Assembly: GCF_009834535.1 (NCBI RefSeq)
Contig: NC_045697.1
Coordinates: 50,780,001-50,844,000 of the forward strand
DNA length: 64,000 nt
From: Camelus ferus
Lineage: Eukaryota
Direction of reading: 5' to 3'
Shown: positions 25,055-37,390 of the stretch, one piece after another
Layout: each line of letters begins with the position of its first letter
How positions within the stretch are numbered: position 1 is the stretch's first letter
Position numbers and translations under genes: made by a program
The notes under the pieces: generated by a model
Told to the model about the DNA's origin: nothing
The model's input: the letters and a program-made list of their open reading frames with translations, nothing else
Databases searched by the model: none

Positions 25055-25750
25055 TGGCTGTGTGACAAGCCACCCCAACGTAGTGGCTTACAACAACAGT
25101 TAATTATTTCTGACAATTCTGTGAGCTAATGAGAGGTTCTTCTGCTGTCATTTTGCCTGAGTTCACGTATGTGGGTGTAGCCAGAGGGCAAGTGGAATGG
25201 CTGAAAAGTCCAAAATGACCTCATTCTCCTGGAGGTGGTTCGTGCTGGCTTGTGACTGAGATTTCTGCAGGGGCATCTTGATCCTCCTTCTTCTTCTCCT
25301 CTTTTAGGTAGTATTGTTTTATTTCTCAGGAGTAAAGTAAGAATAGAAAGGAGGAAGGAAGGAAGAGAGCAGGACAGAAAGAGAGAGGGGAGACAGGAGG
25401 AGGAAAGAGAAGAAGGAAAAACAAGGAAAAGAAAAGACAAGAGACTTCCACTCTCCTCCACATCCCTTCCCCTTTCCTTTCTCCTCTTTCCTTCTACTTC
25501 TCTCCTCCCTTCCTTCCCTTTTCTCCCCTCCCCACCCCAAAACCCACAAGCGTCTCCTAAACACCCTTTCAGTTCCTCTGGGTGCGGCACCTCGGCTTTC
25601 CTCGCAGAAAAATTACAGCTGACTTCCTAATCCACAGGTCCCACTGCCTGAGGGGCCATCTCATCTAAAGCGATGCCCACGCTCCAGGGGTCCCGCACAG
25701 CCAGTGACTGGTCGGTGGGAGGATCCAGAAGTCTGCCTCCCTGCCACAAT
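25055..25750 (-). mobile_element. MLT1-type LTR remnant interrupted by a purine/pyrimidine low-complexity tract
   Basis: gctgtgtgacaagccaccccaacgtagtggcttacaacaac is an MLT1 end motif; low-complexity block at 25330-25540. Confidence 0.5.
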
Positions 25751-26369
25751 TCAGAGTAACTCCAAGAGGCCATCCCAGCTCCAGAACGTCTCATGGGACC
25801 ACTGGACTCTTCATTACAAGAGCAACTGTCCCTCTGCCCACTGCTGCATCCTTACTTCCCAACAGAGGTTAATTTTTAGAGCACTTCAGCCCACGGATCT
25901 CCTCTCAGAGTTTGATTCTAGCCAGTGTAACCTAAGATACACTTTCTCTTAGAAAAAAAAAAAAATCTAGTTCCTTTTCATTCAGCCTTCAAGAAAAGCT
26001 TTGTCAGAGAAAGTTCTAAGTAAATTTGCTGCCAAAAGACCTCAACTTAGGCTGAGAGCTTCTCATCTTTGTAATCTCCATAGCATAAGAGTCTTGCTCA
26101 GGGTCTAGTGTGTAACAAGATTATCAGTAAATGTCTATACTGATATTTGTTAGATAAATGTTTATAAGAAGGGAAATGCCTCATATATTTTTATAATATT
26201 ATCATGTAAGTGACAGAAAATATGGAGAGAATGTGAATGCATTGCTTCCAGAAGCTTCCTAAATAAGACTGGTAGGAAAACGTTTCTTAGAAACACTAAA
26301 AATTAATCATTCACATATAGGTGCAAAGAATATTAATAAATATGAAAAAAATAAGAGTGCTTAAATGAT

Positions 26370-26610
26370 AGAGTTTTCAGTTTCCTCATTTGTAAAGGGG
26401 AGTTTGAATTAGGAGACTTGGAGAAGGAACTAACATTTATCAAGAAACTGCTTTGTTCCCAGCTAGCCCTTATTGCTTGAGAGATAGATCCCACTGTACT
26501 GATTCTACAGATGAGAAAACTGAGGGATGGAGAGATTAAATAAATTGCCATGGTCACATAGCTAAAAGTACCCTAAACTAGATTTGAAATGCAGTTCCTC
26601 TGACCTCGCT
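26370..26610. mobile_element. MIR fragments
   Basis: tcagtttcctcatttgtaaag on plus and tacagatgagaaaactgagg on minus. Confidence 0.6.
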
Positions 26611-27889
26611 CCTCACCACAAACCAGAAAGCAGTATCACTGGCCTCTCTTGATGGAAATGGCTCAAATCAACTGTTTTTCTCTTTGTCCACCTCTACGGG
26701 TAGACCAGAAATAATCTTCATACATTTGTGTGCAGGGGAAACACACAACATGGATTTTTCAGAGGGCAAGGCGTGTTCTTGCAGTTTCTCAGTATTTAAG
26801 AAACTGGACTCTAGGCTTTGTAGAAACAAACTTTTACACCTAAACTCTAGGTCTTTCTATGTCATTATTTCACTCTGCATATTTGAAGCATGAAGAATCC
26901 TTCTTGGGAATATAATATTAGCTTTCTGAGTAAAAGCCACTGAGGCTCATCCGCCAAAATCAGAATCATGTACATTTCCTTGTCTTCCGTGACTTAGGCA
27001 GGGAGGCGAATTGAAATCCCCAGGTGCCTCTTTTGTCCAGTAAATTTCTCAATTTGCAACATCTAGGAAGGACTTCTGAAGTTATGAACAACAGGAGAGT
27101 TACCCACAGAAATTCTTTTCCTTATGCAAGAATTAAAACTGTGATAGAAAAACAAAGCCACTAGTCATATTTTATCATAGATCTTGGTCATATCTTCAGG
27201 AATTAAAGGATTATGTGAATGTGTCAGAGGAAAACAAGAAACTCTGGTAGAATGAAGGGCATTGATTATACATTGAAAATTGTCTATACTAAAGGAGGAA
27301 CATCAAGTAAATTTTAGCTGAGCATTTATTTGATTCCTAGTGATTTCCTATACGGGTGTGAACTTCAGAGGGATAACAGAGTGAATATAGAAGTTAGGGG
27401 TTTGTGTGAGGACAATATAAGACATAGCCCTAGAAGAAGTGCATTAGGTTAATTTCCCCTAGATGTGTTTGCTAGTCTTTGAGTGCAAGTGGCAGGATCA
27501 ATTGTAGCAGTAGGACTGGTGAGAAGTAGCTGTCATTGCAGTTCTTGTGGAAGGTTATAATTTGGTAATATACTGTGATCTATTTTCTTTATAAATGACC
27601 AATTATAGCATGAACATGAAAATACAACTTCGAGGATACTACAGTAAGTTCTTATTCTATGGTCTATGAACAAATTAAACTTATAAATCTTGCTTCTGGG
27701 AAAAACAAATATATTGAATGAGGATAAAGAAAAAAGTAATCAGTAATGTTTATTTCTTCACAGAACTTATGTTTTACTCATCCAAAGGGCACTTTGTGTG
27801 CTTTCCTTTGTTATGATTAGGCACTTACTCAATGACTATTTTGGAGCTGATACAATAAATCAGAGATTGTTTAAAACACTGAAAAATTG

Positions 27890-28026
27890 TTTTCTTTTTA
27901 TTATTTTTGTTGGGGGAGAGGTAGGTTTATTTATTCATTTATTTTTAAGTGGAAGCTCTGGGGACTGAACCCAGGTCCTTGTGCACACCTAGCACACACT
28001 CTACCACTGAGCTGTACCCCACCCCC
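27890..28026 (-). mobile_element. tRNA-derived SINE (Vic-1-like, camelid)
   Basis: Reverse complement has A-box agctcagtggtagag and B-box gggttcagtccc, then the same tail pattern as the copies at 50023 and 54599. Confidence 0.8.
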
Positions 28027-28479
28027 ACCAAGACAGCAAAATTTATCTTTCAAACATTTATGGTAATTTGGTTTGCTAAAAGTGTTTCCTTAGGATTAGT
28101 GTATAATTTGTAGGTTCGAGGGAAAAAATGCTATTTGAGAGAGTGAAAAAAGACCATAGAAATGTAATAATTTTTAAAAATTTTTTGTTATTTTGTGCTC
28201 TTTTATATTGCTGAAAAAAAACTGTCAGCCAACCCATCTCTTTGGATCTACTCTAAGTTTTTATATATCTTTGTATCTTGCTAGGTGGAAAGATGAAAAG
28301 ATTTAGAATAACTTAGGTTATATTAATATATACTAATAAATACAAATGTATGTTAACATAAGTGTATATAATATATTAATCCAATTAGGGAATGTGAGCA
28401 TGTATACTAATTGGATTAGTCTCTTTCCTTTTGTTTCCTTGCTATTCCTAAGAATGAGCTATTTACACAAAATTGCTAT

Positions 28480-29600
28480 TTTAATACCAGAGAGACAGTG
28501 GGACTTGTTTAGATCCCTCATCTGTGTAAGCACCTACCATGTGTGAGGCACTATCCTGGGAACTGAAATGAACATGATGAACATGGCCCTGCCCGCATGG
28601 AATTTGCAGTGACGTTGGAACAGATGCTAAATCAATGGCCGCGTGTACGTGGTCTCTGTTGGCTCCATCGTCATGGCGGTGACAAGACGCTATGAAAGAA
28701 GAGGGCAAGGTTCTATGGCAGGATATAAATGGGGCTTTAATCTGGTTGGGGGGAAGGGTCAGAGAAGCCTTACGTGACAGGTAAACAGGCCTGGAAGGAA
28801 GGTTGGGAATTAGTCAGGTGAAAGTGTGTTATAGGTCGAGGGGACTGCACGTAACAAAGCTCTTGAATTACTTGTAGACAAGAAGGAGAAAAGATGGTAA
28901 AGGAGCTACAATTTATTCAGTACCTACCACGAGCCAGGTGACTGATTTTAAGACACTATCTGACAACCTGAAGTTTTAGGATAGTTTATTAATTCACTTA
29001 CGTTAGTCTGTGTGAGCTACTGGGGATGTAGAAATGAATGAAATATGGTAGGTGTTCTGGGAGAACTCTTAATAGGGTTGGGTAAAAAGCCCTATAAACA
29101 AATAAAAGCAATGCAATGTTGGCTAGTCCTATAGATTCAATATTTAGGCGATGCTATAGGAACAACAAAATGGAAACCGTAAGTTCTGCTGGGAGTGCCA
29201 CGGAAAACGTCATGAAGGAGGTATTGTTTGAAAGACGAATAAGCTTCCTCCTGTAGGCAGAAAAGTGGGAATGTCCTTCCAGGTAGAGACCCTACCAAGT
29301 GCAAAGGCCTGGGCCCGGAAAGAACATGACCAGTTGAGGAACTAAATTCCTCACTGCAAAAATGCTAGGGAAAAGTAAAGTTGAAGTAGAAATTCAGAGT
29401 CATGAGACAGAACCAATTTGTCCTGCTTCACAGCTCTTAATTCATGTCTAGGAAATAGAAAGCCCATAAAGGACTTAAGGTAAGGACCTCTTACCTATTT
29501 ACATTTTCTAAAGAACCCAAAAGTTGTTGGATCTGTGAAGGAGTGGCTGGAAGGGGAATGAGCTCGGAGAAAGGCTGAACTAACACAAGGACATTGGGAA
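28480..29600. mobile_element. L2 and MIR remnants
   Basis: L2-like motifs (aagcacctaccatgtg...aggcact, gtgcaaaggcctgg); heavily degraded. Confidence 0.5.
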
Positions 29601-29685
29601 ACGAGGGTCCTCTCTGCTAGCCAGAGAGGAACACAATTAATTTTTACAAGAAGGAAGAAAGAACATGACTAACTTTTATAAATCT

Positions 29686-29691
29686 TTTATT
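29686..29691 (-). terminator. Probable CXCL6 polyadenylation signal
   Basis: AATAAA on minus about 1.1 kb after the stop codon, where AT-rich 3'UTR-like sequence with several ATTTA motifs gives way to repeat-derived DNA. Confidence 0.55.
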
Positions 29692-30795
29692 TTTTCCCAA
29701 AGAACAAAAGAAGTACTGTAAACCAATGACACACTCAATTTAAAAGTGCAATTTTGACATAGTAAATGTGATACATTATGTAATTTTTTATAGCACAATG
29801 GTCAGACCTTAAAAAGATACAGTATAAGCATCTACAAATCTTAGCAGTGCTGTGCATTTTTTGAAAACTAAGTGATGAGTTTACATGCAGAGCTCAGATA
29901 TGTTTTCAAAACTTTCAGAGTATAGAGTATTGTTAAGTTTGCCATTATTCTTAAAAAAAAACTAAACAGATGTATTCTATATAAGCTAGAAATAAGGAAT
30001 TTACCTATTTCCTAGCTTCTACATCCACCCATCCAAAACATATATTTAGTGACCAGAATTATAATACTTCTAATAAAATAGTTAATAAATATCATAAAAT
30101 CAAAGTTTAGTGAGTAAGACATGACATTATGCCATACAAAGAAGACATCAAATGTCTAAATTTATAGGAGGAGAATACATTAGTCCTTATAAAACTTACA
30201 CATTTAGAAATTCTAAATAAGGAAATATATTCTACACAGATAACTGTATAATACACTCAAATTTCTAATGCAATACAAATTAAACAGCTTCCTGGGGTCA
30301 AGAGTAAGGAAATTCTGTAACATATTCCCCAAGAAACAATATTATAATAGTACCTATCTCATCAGAGAGTGAGGATAACAGTTTATCTCCACATACAGCA
30401 TTTTAATGAAATGCCATTCACATTTGAAACGCACAGCTCTTTCTGTAACACTAGAAGGAGTATATTCTAGAAATACAAGTCATCTTGAAAAATTAACATC
30501 CAGTAATTATGCACAATTTAGTCAATTGCCAAAGATTGCAATAGCATAGCAGATAAAGTAACAGCAAATAAGTAGGAGGAAATACTATGCTAAACACTTC
30601 ATAAACTGAGCAGAAAGCTGAAGGGACAAACATAGGTTCCCTCCTGTCATCCCTCTCTCGTATGGGGAATTCATGAGGAAACCTAACTCACTGCAGGAAA
30701 CAGCCTTTGTTTCTTGTCTTCACTGGGTCCAAAGAGCCCCAGAAAACCATTCTGCTGAAGAACTGGGCGGTTTTTCCAATGCTTGGTTCCTTCTC

Positions 30796-31785
30796 TTAAT
30801 TATTCTTGTTTCCACTGTGGAGAAAAAAAAAATGTATCAGTTGAACCAAATTTCCACACACCTGTCTACCCGCACCTGTTTTCAAAACAGAGTTTAGGAT
30901 CAACTAAAAGCAAAGGGTGGATTCAAGACTATACTAATAAAAAATGCGTCTCAGGAATGAATTCTCCCTAACCTCCTAGGCAATCGCATCCCGAGACTGT
31001 TGATAAGGGTTTTCCCAGGACATTCTAGAACAACTTCCCCCTCTTTTCCTGAGTAACCATTTTATTCTAAGCATAGTCTGGAATGTGGTAGCCAAACCCC
31101 CTGCAGAGAATAGGACCTTTAGAAGTCCACATTTCAAGAGAGATTAAGAAACCACAAAGATGCAAGTGACAGCTACCTGTCCAGCATTTTCTGGATGATT
31201 TTCCTGATCAAAGGAGCTTCTGGGTTCAGACAGACTTCCTGTCCGTTCTTCAAGGTGGCACTGCATAAGGATAAAGAAGATACACCCATGAGATACAGGG
31301 ACTGAAGACCCAGGCTGGGGAGACTTCCCTCTTGCCAAGATCACAGTGAACACCAAAGCGCATGAGGACTTACATCACTTCCACCTTGGAGCACTGCGGT
31401 CCTGAGGCGATCACCTGCAGATTACTGATTACTTTCGGATGAACCCCCGTGTTGGTGGTTAAACACATGCATCGCAACTCTCTCACTACGGCTGCGACAG
31501 GACCAGCTAGGGCAGAAAGAGAGACTTCGTTATAGTTGCCAGTTGCTGGCAGAGCTCTCCCCAGCCTGCCCGCCCGAGATGCTTCCGCGCGCTCACGCCG
31601 CCGCGGCCGCCTGGCAGGCGGGGCGGCTCGGTTCCGCCGGCGGGGGTGGGGGTGCGTCCGGCTCGCTGGGCGCTCTCACCGCTGGCGAGGGGCCCTGGCG
31701 GCGTCAGCAACAGCAGCGCGAGCAGCGCGCACAGCGAGCCCGAAGGGCCGGAGATGCGGGCGGCGCGGCTGGGTAGGAGTCTCAT
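30796..31785 (-). CDS. CXCL6: ELR+ CXC chemokine of the CXCL6/CXCL5 (GCP-2/AMCF-II) group, 4 coding exons: 31680-31785, 31374-31506, 31177-31260, 30796-30814; 113 aa
   Basis: Spliced translation [113 protein letters not shown]. The [13 protein letters not shown]-terminus matches artiodactyl GCP-2; four-exon structure with a tiny last coding exon. The choice between CXCL5 and CXCL6 as the name is ambiguous outside primates. Confidence 0.93.
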
Positions 31786-32130
31786 AGTAGCGAAGAGAGC
31801 GCGGCGAGAGGAGTTCAGGAGGAGGGAAAGGCGCGGGGATTTGAAGCTTCGTAGCACTGTGACTTCTTCGAGTCCTGTGCATCCCTTTTATCTGCACTCG
31901 CCCCCTCCCCCAGGCAGGAAACTCAATCTTTGGGATGCTTGGGAAATTCCCTGGACTGAGAGGGGCGGGGGAAGGGGGGCTGGGTGGAGGGGGCTGGGCA
32001 GTGATGGTTGAGGAGCGCGGTTGGGAGGAGTTGCCCGCACCCGTTCCGCGGTGGACGTGGTAGCTCGCCCAGCGGTGGAAGAAGTTGCCTCTCCCGCTGA
32101 AGGCGAGGAACACGCGGAGATGTCATCCCC
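31480..32130. other. CpG island over the CXCL6 promoter, exon 1 and intron 1
   Basis: Visibly GC- and CpG-dense segment in an otherwise AT-rich, CpG-depleted window; boundaries estimated by eye. Confidence 0.75.
31886..31970 (-). promoter_or_regulatory. CXCL6 promoter: GATAAAA TATA-like box, NF-kB site, Sp1 GC box
   Basis: GATAAAA (minus) 31886-31892; GGGAATTTCCC (minus) 31941-31951; GGGGCGGGG 31962-31970. Typical layout of inducible ELR+ chemokine promoters. Confidence 0.8.
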
Positions 32131-35100
32131 TGGGCCAGCCCAGGCTAGCAAAAGCCAATTTCTCCTGGGATACAGAACCTTTTCAGAGGTGCGCCTCGTC
32201 TCCATCTGAAAAGGAGGACTGGGTACAAAGTAAGCGAGAGGTTTGACTTTAGAAAAATTTCTGAACAGCCTTTCTAATTATTGTTACTCATATTATTATT
32301 CAGGAAATGTAAACCACGATTAAAACTGCACTAAACTGAAAGACCTCACACTCTCCTGCCTGCAGGCACACCATTCTGGGCTCCTCAGATAAGTTCATGA
32401 TTCTCTGGACTTCAGCCAGCATTAGAAGCCAAGACAATATGATGAAAGTGTCTCTACTCCCACTTGAACTTCATGGGACGAACAGGCTCCCAAATCAAGT
32501 CTACTTACTGGAAGCCTTATGCTTAGTTTTTCAAGCATATATGTGTCAAGGTGCTTTAACAAACCTTCAAGAACCATGCAGCAAATTGCCCTGGGAAATG
32601 ATGCCTTGCTTTCTGCAGTTCAATACACTATGGGATTGGAAGAGGCATGGTCTTGGTTGGGGGTGGGATAGGGTGGGCTGAGTGCAGACTATAGCAATGC
32701 CAGAGAGCCCAGCCTGTTCCAGCTGTGGCTCCAGACCAGCCAGACGTGTGGTGGACCCAATTTGGAGAAGCTGTTGAGGCTGATGGGTTTGAGGGGCTCA
32801 CCTGAAGTCTGGTCTAAGGATTTGAATCAATTTGGCAGTAAGACAGCACCCACTCTGGCTTCACTCAAACAACTTAATGGGGGGGAAGGGTGACTCACGC
32901 ACACAAGCTTCTGGAACCATCTAGCTTCATGATCAGTGGTGTGACCAAGCCTGTTTCCACAGTCCTTCTCCGTATGGGCCGAGCCCAGAGCTGCCCCTTG
33001 AAGTTGAGGGGTGAGGTAGCTTCTGGCTTCCCCTATGTCTCTGTCTCTGTCTCTGTGTGTCTCTCTCATCTGAGGAAGTAGGTAGAACTCTGAAATCTTA
33101 ATGGCTAGGTCTTTCACTTGTCTAGCACCATGGCAGGCATGGCTATGTAAGCTTTCTTTCATGGAAATCTAACTAGATCCTTTTCTGGATTGTTCTCAAG
33201 ACTCTTCTCCTCACAGTAGGCCAGTCAAGGCAATCAGTAAACATGATGACAATCAGAAACCAGTCAATCAGTCACAGAACAGAATTCTTTTCCTTGTCCT
33301 GCATGACCCTGGGGAATTTTCTTAACTCCTCTACACATCTTCCTTGGCAGGACATCACCTCCACTCGTGAGCAAGGAGGAGGTGTCATAGAATACTGTAG
33401 AACTTTTAGTCTGGAAGAAAAGTGAAAAAATGCTCTAGGTAAGGGAGGCTGAGAGGTCTGACTTCCCTTTGTGGGAAGTTAAACAGGAAGTTCTCTGTCC
33501 TTTCCAGCTTCCTGATACCATCGGCATCATACCTGACTCAGCTCATGCAACCCTTCATTCTTCTGAGGAGTGGTAATCTGGGAAAACAGCCTTCAGATTT
33601 ATTACATTGTCTTTTTAGATGTTAGAATGTATCAAAAGACAAAAGCTTCAATAATGTGGAGAAAATAAAACTTCAAAAATATGACTTAAAAATCCTGGGC
33701 AATTAAATTCAACTTAACTACTGGGAATAAACCACAGTATAAGACTTCCTGTGGAAAAAAGGTTTAATGACATAAGTTATTGAGGTTTATATGTGTGTGT
33801 ATGTATGTATATATGTATGTGTGTTTAGATTCCAAATAAGTTGTTTTAAATACAAAAGAACATGAATTAGTTTTGGCACCAGATGGTAAGATCAGAGAAG
33901 GGCCATGAGACGTGATTTCCATGCTTCACTTGATTTGCACTCTGAATCAACTTACCATGGGTTGTTTACAGAATTTAAGGCACAAATAAATATTTCTACA
34001 GCTGGCAAGCAGATAATAGGAAGCCTGCACTAGAAATAGGCTGTTTGGCCCCCCAACCTAATCAGTAAGCAGTGTGTAACTTAACCTGAGTTCTTATTGA
34101 AATCATTCTGGTGCATTGCCTGCTTCTGGCTCCTGTCTAGACATTCCTGATACAGACCTTGTGCAAAGACAGATAGGAATGTGGATGGTCCAAAGACTCC
34201 CTACAGGTGACAATGACAGCCCCAAATACCATGGGAGGCAGGCCTCTTAAAAAGTCATCACTGCTTTGTTGAAGCCATTTGTCTTACCTATACTGTGTCC
34301 AAGTAGTAGAGAAAGACACTGTGTTATTCTTGTCCCAAGGTATAATAAAACAATCCACAAAATGACATTCTGATTGCTTGGAAGGTTTCCTGTTTGTCAA
34401 AAGCAATCAAATTTTAGTCGTAACACCTTGGAGTAATTAAATAGGAATTAAAACGTTCTTTTTGGCATGCAGGTTTCAAAACACTTTCATGTTCCTGATC
34501 CTTTGAGCCTCATATTGATTCTTTGAGGCAGCTAAGAAACATTTTCCTATCCTCATTTTTCAGCTAGGGAAAGAAAGTAAGGCCCAAGGAAGGGTTAAGA
34601 AGTAGAAAATCCAAGATTGGAAGCCAAGCAGTAGAGAATCTGCCCCAGGAAATTTTTAATGGTTTCCAGATTACAAACCACTTTCTTCACAGCCGCTGGC
34701 AAACACCCCAGGGTTCTCCGCATCTGGTTAACCACTTTACTTTATTGCCCAACAACCGTATTTTAAGTTGTTGAAATCCTCAGTTTAACTACTCTTGGCC
34801 TTTGAGGCCACAACGATGTCAAACATCCAAGAGACCTACAGGTTAACCAGCCTAAAACTGTCACCAGTATTCCAAATACTTCTCTGCAAGACCAGTGCAA
34901 TGTCTTGTCTTCTCTGAAAAGGTTTACTTAGACAAAGCCAATTGAAATGTATTCCTTCCACCTTCCATCTTTGAATGTCTCATATACTTGTAAAACCTAG
35001 CTCATGAGAAAGAGGTCATTATTAATTACTAGTTATTCCTGAATTTTGCTTTTGTCTCTCTCAAGTTGACTCTAGACTTCAAAATCAGCAGTGATGTCTT

Positions 35101-35575
35101 ATATTTCTCACATGACCTCCCATTAGTTCCAAGTTCAGTAGCAGACTATGGACATTTGATGACAAAATATGATAACTTTTAATTCTGTAGCATTCTTTAA
35201 ATTACAAGTGGATCTTAAAGTTAAAGGAGAAAGAATAGAGTGGTTTACTGTCATTAATCATTTGAAATCCTCTATTGTGAATTGTTTTTTCCCAATGTTG
35301 GAAATTGTTTCTGGGTTATTCTTAGGGAGTATTCAAATAATGTTTTCATTCTCTGGGACCTGAACTATTGAAAAGAATGCTCAGAAGCCAGTGGGGTATT
35401 TTATACTAAATGGAAAAATACATACAACTAAAGTATCAACCCAAATAAATATTTCATGTGACTTAGAGATTGTTATAAATGATAAGGGAAAATTCTGATT
35501 AAGTTACGCTGTGTTGAATATTAACAATGTGCGAACGTTATTCTAAACTGATCTCTTTCTACAAATCAAAGAGGC

Positions 35576-35834
35576 ACCTAACACATTTGACTGTCCTTTA
35601 TGACTGGATTACCGCATTCTGTTGATTCTTATTTTGTAGTTGGCTTTACCCCTTTGATAACTATGTAAGTTTAAAAAGCTAAAGCTCTAATCTGTTCTTA
35701 GAAACAATAATTAGTACATATATGTAAACTAAAAAAATGTGCAGTATACTATATATATATATTTACATGCAATATAATGTGTATGTGCAGTCAAATGTAA
35801 TAACTCTACCTAATAAAACTGAAAATGTAAAAAA
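35576..35834 (+). mobile_element. Retrotransposed polyadenylated insert of unknown origin
   Basis: Exact 13-bp TSD AAATCAAAGAGGC (35563-35575 and 35835-35847), AATAAA 35812-35817, short A tail. Confidence 0.75.
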
Positions 35835-37021
35835 AAATCAAAGAGGCCTTTAATTATGTGATTTTAGTATTTGACTCAGACCTTTTCAAGTATTTTTCTG
35901 AGTTTTTATTTTCTTTTATATCCACTACTCTTTATATTACCTTCAAGCAATATTATATATTGCAGTAAGTAAAGATGTAGACATTTCATTATCAGGTTAA
36001 GTACATCAAAATATCAGTATAAGAATTTATCAATCCATTAGGAGTTCAAGTGGAAAATAGACTTACTTGCTTGCATGCTCAAGAAAAGGAAAAAGCCAGT
36101 TACTCTTGGGTTAACCCTGCAATACTCACGCAGTCTGTCTCCTTCCATATCAGTCTTAGCAGTTCAGTGAAGAAGCTGCTTCATTTAGGGATTAACTTTG
36201 TTTCAAAGTTGCCCCAGATTTATTGTGATATGTCAGGAATGTTTTCCCTTCTTTTGTTCATCATCTGTTTTTCCTGCTACCCATTTCAGATTAAATCTGC
36301 TTGAGAAAGGATTAAATCAGTGAACTTTGAGTACAAACTGAACTAGGCTTCAAGCGACCATGGATGGGCTTTTCCTTGCCAGTTATTTCTTGTTCAGCTG
36401 TGCAAGCCTGGCCTGCAAAAAGTATTTGTTGACAAGAGATGATACATAGGAAAAAAAAAAAAAAAAAAGATGAGCATTAAAGTTTCAAATGTTTCCCAAA
36501 TCCTTGGCTTCTCAGAAATGGGAGCACTCATTACTGTCTTCAGAAATTTGGTGTAAGCGGAAAAGAGAAAATTTTTGTAGAGATTAGCTATTTTAAATAA
36601 TTTGGGGGGGAAGTTGTTTGTCTCATCCTGCAGAGGTCCTTTGTGGAAGTTAGATGTCTAATACTGTGCTTAGAAATGGCCATCTACTGCACTGTTTTTG
36701 ACCACCATTATCTTCATAACTTTTTTTTAGGAGAAGAAGATCCCCTTCTGTGTGAACTTGCAATGTCTTTCATTCTCATTTAATGTATATTAGAACCTAA
36801 TGGATTGCTGTTTTAATTGGAATAATTGTGATGTGTTTATATGTGTGTGCCCCATATACTTCCTAGAGAATCAGAACTACTCTCTGTTTGCCTCCCTTGT
36901 CGCTATTTGAACGAATAGCAAAAACTCAACATTTGGGAAGTATCTAAGGCAATGTTCATGAACTTGAAAGTCAGATACACACGTATATTACCACCACCAC
37001 CACCAAAAACAACATCAATAA

Positions 37022-37390
37022 TGCCATAGTCTGAATGTTTGTGTCTCCCTCAAAATTCATGCATTGAAATTCTAATTCCTAGTGTGATAGTATTAGGAGG
37101 CCAGGCCTTTGGGAAGGTGACCAGGTTTGGAGGGCAGCTTTCTCATAATTGGGATTAGTGTCCTTATGAAAAAGGCCTCACAGAGCCCCTCTGACTGCTT
37201 CCTCCCATGTGAGGACACGGAAGACAGCACCATCTATGAACCAGGAAATGGGTTCTTACTAAACATTGAATCTGCCAGCATCTTGATCCTGAACTTCCCA
37301 GCATCCAGAACTGTGAACAACAAATTTCTGTTGTTTATAAGCCACCCAGTCCATGGCATTTTGTTATAGCAGCCCAAATGGACTAAAACA
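37022..37390 (+). mobile_element. MaLR LTR (MLT1A/MST-like)
   Basis: tgccatagtctgaatgtttgtgtc ... ttgttatagcagcccaaatggactaaaaca; near-TSD AATAA/AACAA. Confidence 0.85.

Noticed and set aside
25126..25590. 154-aa ORF, the longest in the track
   Set aside because: It is the translation of a low-complexity purine/pyrimidine tract.
31507..32209. Many overlapping ORFs of 60-145 aa around the CXCL6 5' end, and similar ones at 15697-16733
   Set aside because: By-product of high GC content. Only the frames matching the chemokine exons are supported.
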